A model generated the notes under the pieces. The model was not told the origin of the DNA. It searched no databases and saw only the letters and a list, made by a program, of their open reading frames with translations. The translations under genes were made by a program, and so were the position numbers. From assembly GCA_963835575.1 (NCBI GenBank), contig CAWIGG010000003.1:96001-160000 (forward strand): 64,000 bases of DNA. The letters are read 5' to 3'. This document shows positions 29,475 through 38,341 of this stretch, piece after piece (the first letter of the stretch is position 1; every line of letters begins with the position of its first letter). The DNA is from an uncultured Spirochaetota bacterium (GTDB lineage Bacteria > Spirochaetota > Brevinematia > Brevinematales > JAOACQ01).

Positions 29475-30944
29475 ATGGGCAAACTCTATGATTCACTGCC
29501 GGACAGTTTTATGAAGAAAGTCCTCAAGGATGAGGACCCGGAAGTAGTAGAACATTTGCTCACAGTCAAAGCGCAATTCGAAAAAGAAACCGATAAAGAC
29601 AGCAAAGTGGCCTTTAAAGAAAGGCTCACAACCTCTTTCTGGAATCTCTATACAAAAATCGGCCAGAGGCTGACTGACAAATCGCCCAAGGAAAAAAGGC
29701 TCTTTCTGCGTTTCGGCCTTCTTGATCTTAAATATCTTTCAACCGAAGAGCAGCAGCTTATCCTATCGCAGCCTTTTGAAGAGAAAGACGCGGAGAGCAC
29801 CATTTTTTATGTCGATGAATGGATCCTGGCCATATTAAAAGGCCAGATCAAACCGAGCGTCACTGACGAGGCGTCATTCAAGAAGTCCGCTAAAAATATG
29901 GATGCCGCCCAGCAGGTTAAATTCGAAAGAACGGCCGGACTGCTTGAGGCGAATAAAAAAAGCTATTTTAACGCCGTCGAGAGGCGTAAGGTTCAGGAAG
30001 ACGCCCTGCTTTCTCTTTCCAGCATGGTCTGCATGCATCAGGTCGATCCCCTTTTTAATACTTCTGAAACTTATTCCGAAGAACAGCTGAAAAAGATGGA
30101 TGAAATCGGCGATATTCTAAGAGACCTGAAAAAGATTGACAGGGAAATGAATGTCGCGAAAAAATCCTATTACGATAGTTTTGAAGATCAGAAAGAACTG
30201 GAAGCCCAGATCAGCGAAAGTAAAGGCAGGGAAACCAATACGGTCTACGCGGTGGATTCCCATACCGCCGAAAGCGAAATCGGCGCTCTCCGCCAGATGA
30301 CAAAAATGTGTATCGGCAGGCAGGGGAACCATTTTCCCATCCTTCTGGGCGCCTTTATACCCAGGGACACTCTGGAATATAATTTCAAAGGCAACGCCTA
30401 TAGAAGGCTGAAAGAAATCGATACCATGGATTATTCCATATTCGAAAGGACTTTCCGCCAGCAGACTCACCGCATACCGCCTTACATCATATTAACTCCG
30501 GGATATGGAAATTACGGGATCTGCTGGGAACCTTATGACAAATACAACAAAGCATCCAGTAAGGGGAGAATTGCAGTCCCTATTTTTTCAAAGAATCCCA
30601 AGCTCTCTTTGGTTGTCGCTCTGGGCGACTTCCGCTGGCAGGTCGCAAAAGAGATGGCCGGATACCACTGGATGGATGAAGGTTTGACCGCCAGGTATTA
30701 TACCTATCTGGACACCAATAAAATTAAAGGCGATATCAAGACCCATTTTATCAATGATTACGCCCTCTGGATCATCAAGGAAGGCGAAGGGATCCAGAAA
30801 CTTGATAACCAGGATGTCCGCTATATCTTCTGGCGCTTTGTTCCGTTTCCCGATAAATTAAAGGAAGAACTCTCCAGCCGCGGATTTTATTACAGCGATC
30901 TCTATAAGAAAGAATTAAGCTATAGAATGTCCAAAGGCTATTAA
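29475..30944 (+). CDS. Conserved hypothetical protein (spirochaete-type)
   Basis: 489 aa, good SD; KMCIGRQGNHFP and CWEPY...KGRIAVP conserved-looking blocks. Confidence 0.75.
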   Translation: MGKLYDSLPDSFMKKVLKDEDPEVVEHLLTVKAQFEKETDKDSKVAFKERLTTSFWNLYTKIGQRLTDKSPKEKRLFLRFGLLDLKYLSTEEQQLILSQPFEEKDAESTIFYVDEWILAILKGQIKPSVTDEASFKKSAKNMDAAQQVKFERTAGLLEANKKSYFNAVERRKVQEDALLSLSSMVCMHQVDPLFNTSETYSEEQLKKMDEIGDILRDLKKIDREMNVAKKSYYDSFEDQKELEAQISESKGRETNTVYAVDSHTAESEIGALRQMTKMCIGRQGNHFPILLGAFIPRDTLEYNFKGNAYRRLKEIDTMDYSIFERTFRQQTHRIPPYIILTPGYGNYGICWEPYDKYNKASSKGRIAVPIFSKNPKLSLVVALGDFRWQVAKEMAGYHWMDEGLTARYYTYLDTNKIKGDIKTHFINDYALWIIKEGEGIQKLDNQDVRYIFWRFVPFPDKLKEELSSRGFYYSDLYKKELSYRMSKGY

Positions 30945-30947
30945 GAG

Positions 30948-33017
30948 ATGTTTCTTAATGAGCTTAAAAAACAACCAATCGAGAATTTAAATATCCTGAC
31001 AAAACGGCAGGTTTTTCTGCTGCATAAGCTCGGGCTTTTATCGGCCTGTGATATTTTTAATTACTTTCCTTTCCGTTATGACGACCGCTCCTCCATTGAG
31101 TCGATCCAGGCCGGCATCCTCAATAATAAACCTGTCGCGATTCTGGCCACGGTGATAGAGCACAGCTTTATCTTTTTTAACAGGAGACGCCACCCGAAAA
31201 TATTGATCCAGGATGAAACAACCCGCGCCTGGCTGATAGGCTTCAACCGCGAGTATTTAAAAAAGTCCCTGAAAGTCGGCGGGAAATACTGGATTTACGC
31301 CCAGTTCGTTTATAAGTATAATGAGATCCAGAGCGCGAATTTCGATTTTGAAGAATACAGGGAAGATGAAAAGCCGAAAAATTTCGGGTTTATTCTTCCA
31401 GTTTACAAATTGACCGAAAATCTTTATCTTAAAGAACTCAGAGGGATTGTCAAAAAAATATTCGGCCAATTTATGGATAAAATAGATGATGATATTCCTG
31501 ATTATATTTTAAAAACCCACAATCTGATCACAAAAAAAGAGGCCCTTAATTCCATTCACTTTCCTCAAGACGAAGCCGTTCTTAAAAAAGCAAAGCTCAG
31601 GCTGGCTTATGAAGAGTTTTTTGCCATACAGCTCGCCGTTCTGATGAAAAAAAGAAATATTCAGGGGTCTTCCAAGCCCTTTTCATATTCCAAAAGATCA
31701 AAGCTTGAGGCTTTTATAAAAAACCTTCCCTATCAGCTCACAAATGCCCAGAAACGGGTCATCAATGAAATGATAGAAAATATGAACTCCAGAACGCCGA
31801 TGCACAGGCTCCTTCAGGGCGATGTGGGCAGCGGAAAAACGACAGCGGCCCTGGCCGGAATGATCTACGCGGCCGAGAACTCGCTTCAAAGCGCGCTTAT
31901 GGTTCCCACGGAAGTCCTGGCAATCCAGCATTATCATAACATCAAGCCTTATCTGGACAATCTGGGGATCACTTCAGTCCTTCTTACGGGCAGCATTCAG
32001 AACCCGGAAAAAGAAAAAATTTATACAGATATTAAATCCGGCCGCGCTTCCATTATTATAGGGACGCATGCCCTGATACAGGAAGGGCTTGAGTTTAAAA
32101 ACCTCTCTTTCATCGTCTTTGACGAACAGCACCGCTTCGGTGTGGAGCAGAGGATCAGCCTTTCAAAAAAAGGAAGCTCGCCGGACATTCTTGTGATGAC
32201 CGCCACTCCCATTCCAAGGACATTAACGCTCACGCTTTATGGGGACCTCGACCTGTCAATAATAGATGAAATGCCGGCCGGCAGGAAAATAATCAAAACA
32301 AAATGGATTGCAAAAAAGCAGTATAAAGAACTGCTGGACCTCGTGGAAAGGGAGCTGCAGAAAGGCCGCCAGGCTTTTTTTATCTATCCGTTGATAGAAG
32401 AATCGGAGAAAATTGATACCGAGAATGCCGTTAAAATGCACCGGGTCCTGTCTAAGCATTTCTCAAATTACTCTGTCGGGCTCCTGCATGGACGGATGAG
32501 CGCCATGGAAAAATATGAGGTTATGGAAAAGTTCAGGGCCAATCAGACCCAGGTCCTCGTCTCCACAACTGTGATAGAAGTGGGTATTGACATAAAAAAC
32601 GCGACTGTTATGGCCGTTGAAGGCGCCGAACGCTTCGGTTTATCGCAGCTCCATCAGCTGCGGGGCCGCGTCGGCCGGGATAAATATGACTCATACTGCA
32701 TTCTGGTGACTTCCGGCAATGAAACGGATGAAACAAAGGTCAGGATGGCCGCCATGGTGAACCATAACGACGGCTTTCAGATCGCTGAAGAAGACCTGAA
32801 GCTCCGGGGGCCGGGGGAAATACTCGGCATACGGCAGTCAGGCATTCCGGAATTGAAAATAGCGGATTATATCATGAATGAAAAGCTTTTATTGGTGGCT
32901 AAACAGGACGCGCAGAATATTCTGAAGGCCGACCCGCAGCTCAGCCTGGACGTGAACCGGCCCCTCAAAGAAGGTATAATACAATATCTGCCTTCGGACT
33001 ATCTCTATTCGGGATGA
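30948..33017 (+). CDS. recG: ATP-dependent DNA helicase RecG
   Basis: RLLQGDVGSGKT, DEQHRFGV, MTATPIPRTL, QLHQLRGRVGR, DLKLRGPGE. Confidence 0.97.
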   Translation: MFLNELKKQPIENLNILTKRQVFLLHKLGLLSACDIFNYFPFRYDDRSSIESIQAGILNNKPVAILATVIEHSFIFFNRRRHPKILIQDETTRAWLIGFNREYLKKSLKVGGKYWIYAQFVYKYNEIQSANFDFEEYREDEKPKNFGFILPVYKLTENLYLKELRGIVKKIFGQFMDKIDDDIPDYILKTHNLITKKEALNSIHFPQDEAVLKKAKLRLAYEEFFAIQLAVLMKKRNIQGSSKPFSYSKRSKLEAFIKNLPYQLTNAQKRVINEMIENMNSRTPMHRLLQGDVGSGKTTAALAGMIYAAENSLQSALMVPTEVLAIQHYHNIKPYLDNLGITSVLLTGSIQNPEKEKIYTDIKSGRASIIIGTHALIQEGLEFKNLSFIVFDEQHRFGVEQRISLSKKGSSPDILVMTATPIPRTLTLTLYGDLDLSIIDEMPAGRKIIKTKWIAKKQYKELLDLVERELQKGRQAFFIYPLIEESEKIDTENAVKMHRVLSKHFSNYSVGLLHGRMSAMEKYEVMEKFRANQTQVLVSTTVIEVGIDIKNATVMAVEGAERFGLSQLHQLRGRVGRDKYDSYCILVTSGNETDETKVRMAAMVNHNDGFQIAEEDLKLRGPGEILGIRQSGIPELKIADYIMNEKLLLVAKQDAQNILKADPQLSLDVNRPLKEGIIQYLPSDYLYSG

Positions 33018-33086
33018 TTCGTGTTTTCTTTAACCTTATGATTTTTTTTATTCGTTTTATTATTAGTTTCCCATCCCCAGTTTTCC

Positions 33087-33319
33087 TTCGCGTCTATTCG
33101 CGTGCATTAGCGGATTACCCGCACTTTAGGCTGCATGTCTCCCGCTAAGCCACGCGAATTCACGCCAATTTATTTCAAAATTATTCAATTCCCTTCACGC
33201 GGAGAATCTCAATCTTTGATATTTAATTCTTTATTTTATATTGAGATATCTTATATTTAATAGTAATTCTTGAATTTATTAAAGATTATTTCAGTGTTTT
33301 TCCGTGTAATTCTGTGGCT
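33087..33319. repeat. Cluster of 9-nt-periodic arms, two of them back-to-back
   Basis: 33087-33121 and 33142-33165 are exact reverse complements of 60878-60912 and 60979-61002; third arm at 33288-33319. Confidence 0.85.
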
Positions 33320-33367
33320 GATTAAATTTAAATTTCACGAAAATAAAAAAATATTTCTTTATTTTCA

Positions 33368-33395
33368 TAAAGTTTAAATTCCAACCCGCCGATAC
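33368..33395 (+). promoter_or_regulatory. Sigma28 (FliA/SigD) promoter of first flagellin
   Basis: TAAAGTTT...GCCGATAC (TAAA-N16-GCCGATAC) upstream of flaB. Confidence 0.75.
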
Positions 33396-33445
33396 ATACA
33401 TCAGAAAAGTTACGTCTTATAAAAAGGAGGTTAATTTTACACTCC

Positions 33446-33543
33446 CGGCCTGATAGGATTATCGGCCGCAGGAAAAAAGGCTTTAGTGTTTCATAAGGAA
33501 AATATTCCCGCAAGGACGCGGGGATAAAATATATCAAGGAGGA
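33446..33543 (+). promoter_or_regulatory. Putative CsrA sites (GGA hairpin loops) in flaB leader
   Basis: cggcctgatAGGAttatcggccg, cccgcAAGGAcgcggg, and caAGGAgga at the SD. Confidence 0.6.
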
Positions 33544-33548
33544 TACCT

Positions 33549-34409
33549 ATGATTATTAATCACAATGTGAGCTCAATCTTTGCCAATCGTCAACTCTGGA
33601 TTAACAACCGTGAGGCTGACAAGAGTATCGAAAAGCTCTCATCCGGCATGAGAATCAACCGCTCGGGTGATGACGCATCCGGTCTGGCTGTTTCTGAGAA
33701 GATGCGCTCTCAGATTTCCGGCCTCCGCAGGGCAGAAAGGAATGCGGAAGACGCAATGTCCTTCATTCAAACCGCAGAAGGCTACCTGGAAGAAACCCAC
33801 ACAATCCTTCAGAGAATCCGCGAACTGTCTATTCAAGCTTCCAATGGAATTTATTCCACGGAAGACAGAATGCAGATTCAGGTGGAAGTTTCCCAGCTGG
33901 TTTCTGAAGTTGACAGAATCGCTTCGCATGCCCAGTTTAACGGTCTTAATATGCTGACCGGCCGCTTCGCTTACGCAACCGGCGGCAACAATCCCACATC
34001 CAGCATCTGGTTTCATGTCGGCCCGAATATGGACCAGAGAATCAGAAGCTACATTAACACAATGACCGCAACAGCTCTCGGATTAAAAGACCCTACATCA
34101 CGGGAAAATATCAGCATCAGCACTCCCGAGAAGTCCAATATGTCCATCGGGATAATTGACAATGCTTTAGGAAAAGTTTCCAAGCAGAGAGCTGATCTGG
34201 GCGCATACCAGAACAGACTGGAAAAATTATCCGTAGGATTAATGATCGGTTACGAAAATCTTCAGTCGGCTGAATCCAGGATCAGAGACACAGATATGGC
34301 TGAACAGATGTCATCTTATGTGAGGACTCAGATACTGACACAGACTGCCACAGCCATGGTTGCTCAGGCTAACCAAAAACCCCAACTTATGTTAACCCTT
34401 TTAAGGTAA
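33549..34409 (+). CDS. flaB: Flagellar filament core protein FlaB
   Basis: MIINHN..., [35 protein letters not shown]. Confidence 0.96.
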   Translation: MIINHNVSSIFANRQLWINNREADKSIEKLSSGMRINRSGDDASGLAVSEKMRSQISGLRRAERNAEDAMSFIQTAEGYLEETHTILQRIRELSIQASNGIYSTEDRMQIQVEVSQLVSEVDRIASHAQFNGLNMLTGRFAYATGGNNPTSSIWFHVGPNMDQRIRSYINTMTATALGLKDPTSRENISISTPEKSNMSIGIIDNALGKVSKQRADLGAYQNRLEKLSVGLMIGYENLQSAESRIRDTDMAEQMSSYVRTQILTQTATAMVAQANQKPQLMLTLLR

Positions 34410-34450
34410 GAGAGAGTTGGGATAGGCAGTTTAATTTATAGAGCAATAAT

Positions 34451-34485
34451 AGTTATCCCGGCAGAAGCCGGGGTAACTCTTTTTT
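34451..34485 (+). terminator. Intrinsic terminator
   Basis: agttatcccggc-agaa-gccggggtaact followed by a T-tract. Confidence 0.8.
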
Positions 34486-34694
34486 ATTATCGAGTGAGCG
34501 AGAGAAATGAAATGAAGTTTCATTTCCGAGCGAGCGAAGACAACAAAGTGGTCTATTACACTGCGGCTTGACGCCGTATCCAAAGGACCAGGGTTATTCC
34601 TGGTGTAAATACCACTTTATTTTTCGGTTATAGGTATAAGTGGTTGATAATACCCTCCTCTAGCTGCACTTATTAAATTAAAGCCCTTTGCGCG

Positions 34695-34747
34695 TCCCTC
34701 ACCAGTTTGTAAGCTTCTCCGGGATAGCCGGACAAACTGGTGAGGGA
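34695..34747. repeat. TCCCTCACCA-family palindrome, copy 2
   Basis: tccctcaccagtttgt...acaaactggtgaggga, at the tip of a larger hairpin (about 34663-34776). Confidence 0.85.
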
Positions 34748-34796
34748 CGTCAAAGGCTTTAAAAAATCATGTGCAGAAAGCAGGGACCCCTCAGTC

Positions 34797-34806
34797 ACAA
34801 GGATGT
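34797..34806 (+). promoter_or_regulatory. CsrA consensus site upstream of second flagellin
   Basis: ACAAGGATGT, matching the core of the RUACARGGAUGU consensus; second GGA at the SD. Confidence 0.6.
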
Positions 34807-34830
34807 TAAACAAAATCAAGGAGGGTTATT

Positions 34831-35712
34831 ATGATTGTAAACCACAATATAAGTGCGATTTTCGCCAATAGAATTTTGCGGATGAGCGATTTTAACACGA
34901 ACGCCAACATCGAAAAGCTTTCATCCGGTTTAAGGATCAACAAGGCTGGAGACGATGCTTCCGGTCTCGCTGTTTCCGAGAAGATGAGAGGCCAGATTTC
35001 CGGTCTTCATCAGGCTATGAGAAACACCGAAGACGCGACATCTTTCCTTCAGACTACTGAAGGTTATCTGGACGAAACAACTACAATCGCCCAGAGAATG
35101 AGAGAGCTTTCAATCCAGGCCGGAAACGGTATTTACAGCGATACAGACAGAGGGCTCATTAATGTTGAAATGTCTCAGCTGATCTCAGAAGTCGACAGAA
35201 TTGCCAAGCAGGCTCAATTTAACGGCCTTAATATGCTGACCGGCCGGTTTGAACAGCCGCAGGGAAGCACTTCTTCAACTTCGGGCGCGACTACTCAATC
35301 CGCAGGCCTCTGGTTCCACATTGGTCCCAATATGGACCAGAGAGTCCAGCTTTTCGTCGGTGATATGAGCGCTACTGCTTTAGGTCTCATTTCGGCGGAA
35401 GGGAAAAGGATGGTAAGCGCCAGTTCAATGGACGATGCCAACCGCTCTATTGGAGTGATAGATAAAGCCCTGGAAAGAGTAGTCCGGCAGAGGGCCGACC
35501 TCGGTTCCTATCAGAACCGTTTTGAAAAGCTCTATAAGGGACTTTATGTCGCTTTCGAGAATACTCAGGCAGCCGAATCCAGAATCAGGGATACTGATAT
35601 GGCTCTGGAAATGAGCGATTTCATCAAGAACCAGATTCTGGCGCAGTCGAATGTTTCGATGCTGGCTCAGGCAAATTTAAAGCCTCAGCTAGTGCTGAGG
35701 CTTCTTGGTTAG
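34831..35712 (+). CDS. flaB: Flagellar filament core protein FlaB (paralogue)
   Basis: Flagellin N- and C-terminal motifs. Confidence 0.96.
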   Translation: MIVNHNISAIFANRILRMSDFNTNANIEKLSSGLRINKAGDDASGLAVSEKMRGQISGLHQAMRNTEDATSFLQTTEGYLDETTTIAQRMRELSIQAGNGIYSDTDRGLINVEMSQLISEVDRIAKQAQFNGLNMLTGRFEQPQGSTSSTSGATTQSAGLWFHIGPNMDQRVQLFVGDMSATALGLISAEGKRMVSASSMDDANRSIGVIDKALERVVRQRADLGSYQNRFEKLYKGLYVAFENTQAAESRIRDTDMALEMSDFIKNQILAQSNVSMLAQANLKPQLVLRLLG

Positions 35713-35853
35713 GGATAGGCAAATATCCGCTAACTATTAGTTAAACTAGTAAGAGTAAAAAGACTGTTCGGGGTCCCTGCCTATTTTAAATTAAATGACA
35801 CTCTAAATATCGACAGGAGTAAAAAACAGTTTAGTATTTTTTAAGTTTTTTTT

Positions 35854-35907
35854 ATCCCTCACCATTTTGTAAGCATACCTTTGAAGCGTGCCAAAATGGT
35901 GAGGGAT
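35854..35907. repeat. TCCCTCACCA-family palindrome, copy 3
   Basis: atccctcaccattttg...caaaatggtgagggat between convergent genes. Confidence 0.8.
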
Positions 35908-35910
35908 TAT

Positions 35911-37179
35911 TCATTTAATGCCCTTTTTCTGTCTTTTTGAATAAGCAGCCAAAGATTCCAGCCTTTGCAGCAAAGGCGGATGGGAATAATGGAAGAGCAC
36001 ATAAAATGGATGAGGATAAAGGTTGGACAAATTGTCTTTTGCCAACTTTACAAGAGAGCTTGCCAGGTTTTTAGAACCTCCCATAATTTCCACGCCGTAC
36101 TTATCAGCCTGGTTTTCATGCCTTCTGGAAAAATAAGCGGAAAGAGGCGTGAAAAAGAAGGCAAGCAGGCTGCCGAGAAAGCCCAGAATAATGACTTTGA
36201 CAAAAAAGTTGTCCGCCAGGATTTTAAATATAGAAGTCAGGATGCTTCCTTGTAATAGTAAAAAAGAAATATAGAGCGCGGCAAAAGAGAATATTTCATA
36301 AGAGATAATTGCTTTTAATACATGCTTTTTTTTCCAGTGCCCTGCTTCATGGGCAAGAACTGCCAGAATTTCTTCATGATTCAGCTTTTCAAGAAGCGTA
36401 TCATATATCACGATCCTTTTTACCCTGCCTATCCCCGTAAAATAAGCGTTGGAATGTCTGCTCCGTCTGGAAGCGTCTACTTTAAAAACCTGGCTGACCT
36501 TAATTCCTGTCTTTTTAAACAGTTTTTTTATTTTCTCTGCAAAAACCGTATCTTTAATCGGAGTATATTTATTAAAGAGCGGATCAAGTATATAGGGTGA
36601 AATATACATAATAAACATACTGAAAATAAAAAAGAAAATCCATAAAAAAAGCCACCAGAAATGCGGGCTTAATTGAACTATCCATAATGCGGCCATAATA
36701 AGTACGGCCATGAGAATTGTTTCAATAATAAGCGTTTTAATAAAATCGCTTATCCAGAGCGGGAATTTCATCGTATTAAATCCGAATTTGTTTTCAATCT
36801 TGAAAATACTGTATAGCTGAAAAGGAATATTAAAAAAGCTGAAACAGTAAGACAGAATAATAAAATAGAAAAATCCTTTAAAAATAAATGAGATTTTTTG
36901 ATTATCCATCCAGGAATTATAAATATTGAGCAATCCTGTAAAAAACAAAACAAATACCGCGATGTCCCCGCAGACGCTTTCCAGGATCCCGAAGCGCGCC
37001 TTTTCAATTATATAAGACTGGCTTTTTTTCAATGTTGATTTCGTTATTATGCCTTTAAGAACATTCGGGACGGCATTCCCCTTTTTCTTCATATAATTTA
37101 AATTGATTATTTCCAATGAATATGACCAGATTTTTTGTAAGAGAAACAGGGCAAGTATTATTAAAAGCAAAAAGTCCAT
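35911..37179 (-). CDS. M48 family (Ste24-like) membrane metallopeptidase
   Basis: NAYFTG, HEAGH, SRRHENQAD, YSHPP. Confidence 0.93.
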   Translation of the reverse strand: MDFLLLIILALFLLQKIWSYSLEIINLNYMKKKGNAVPNVLKGIITKSTLKKSQSYIIEKARFGILESVCGDIAVFVLFFTGLLNIYNSWMDNQKISFIFKGFFYFIILSYCFSFFNIPFQLYSIFKIENKFGFNTMKFPLWISDFIKTLIIETILMAVLIMAALWIVQLSPHFWWLFLWIFFFIFSMFIMYISPYILDPLFNKYTPIKDTVFAEKIKKLFKKTGIKVSQVFKVDASRRSRHSNAYFTGIGRVKRIVIYDTLLEKLNHEEILAVLAHEAGHWKKKHVLKAIISYEIFSFAALYISFLLLQGSILTSIFKILADNFFVKVIILGFLGSLLAFFFTPLSAYFSRRHENQADKYGVEIMGGSKNLASSLVKLAKDNLSNLYPHPFYVLFHYSHPPLLQRLESLAAYSKRQKKGIK

Positions 37180-37366
37180 TCTTCCTCCTCTGTTCGGTAA
37201 AAAAGATATTGTAAAATAAATCAGCTATTTTAGCAAAATACGAAAGACCTGATTAAAGAGATATCAGCTTAATCCGGGTGAAAGACACTATCCTGTAGCG
37301 AGTTGACAGATAACTATCCTTGATATATATTTAAAGCGGTTAATTTTTTTATATGGTAAAGGAAAA

Positions 37367-38341
37367 ATGAAAATAAAACAGCAGATTCCTTCCAGCATCA
37401 ATCCCGTTCTGGCTTTTGGGGTTCATGACTCGAACCTCAGGCTCCTGGAGAGAATGCTGGAGGTTAAAATTTATCCTTTTGAAGAAGAGCTTGTCATCGA
37501 GGGCGAAGAGGAAAATATAGCCAAAGCATCGAATATATTGAATAATATTTTTGTCCTGGCAAAAGGCGAGCTCCCCGTACTTCATAACGACATAAAGCTT
37601 TTAATTGAAGACGGCGGCAAAACAGACAGTTATAATACCGGTTCTATTTCCACCGATGGACTAACGGCTTCAAAGAAAGGCTATAAATTCAAGCCCCGTA
37701 CGGCCCATCAAAAGGAGTATATTCAGCAGATGCTGACGCATGACCTTACATTTGCGATCGGTCCCGCCGGAACCGGCAAAACATATCTGGCGGTCGGGCT
37801 GGCGCTTCATCTTCTCTTTATCGGCAGGGTTAAAAAAGTTGTTTTAACGCGCCCCGTTGTCGAAGCAGGAGAAAACCTCGGTTTTCTTCCGGGGACTTTA
37901 GAAGAAAAAATAGATCCCTACCTGCGGCCTCTCTTCGACGCGATTAAAGAGATGCTTTCTGCTGATGAACTGAAGTTTTATATAGAAAGCCAGTCAATTG
38001 AATTAGCTCCGCTGGCTTATATGAGGGGACGGACCCTGACCAATTCTTTTATTATCCTGGATGAAGCCCAGAACACGACCACAATGCAGATGAAAATGTT
38101 CCTTACAAGGCTGGGTGAAAATTCAAAGATGGTGGTGACAGGGGATATCACGCAGATAGATCTCCCTTACGGCAGGGAATCAGGGTTAAAGCAGGCCCAG
38201 GAGCTTTTCCAAAAGCTCGAGGGTATCAAATTCAGCTACTTTGACAGGGCAGATGTTGTCAGGCACGGTCTCGTAAAAAAGATCCTGGAAATTTATGAAA
38301 AGAGAGAAAATGAAGCATGGAAAGAACTGTCCGTCCGGTGA
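37367..38341 (+). CDS. phoH: PhoH-family ATPase
   Basis: GPAGTGKTYLA, RPVVEAGENLGFLPG, YMRGRT, DEAQN. Confidence 0.95.
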   Translation: MKIKQQIPSSINPVLAFGVHDSNLRLLERMLEVKIYPFEEELVIEGEEENIAKASNILNNIFVLAKGELPVLHNDIKLLIEDGGKTDSYNTGSISTDGLTASKKGYKFKPRTAHQKEYIQQMLTHDLTFAIGPAGTGKTYLAVGLALHLLFIGRVKKVVLTRPVVEAGENLGFLPGTLEEKIDPYLRPLFDAIKEMLSADELKFYIESQSIELAPLAYMRGRTLTNSFIILDEAQNTTTMQMKMFLTRLGENSKMVVTGDITQIDLPYGRESGLKQAQELFQKLEGIKFSYFDRADVVRHGLVKKILEIYEKRENEAWKELSVR

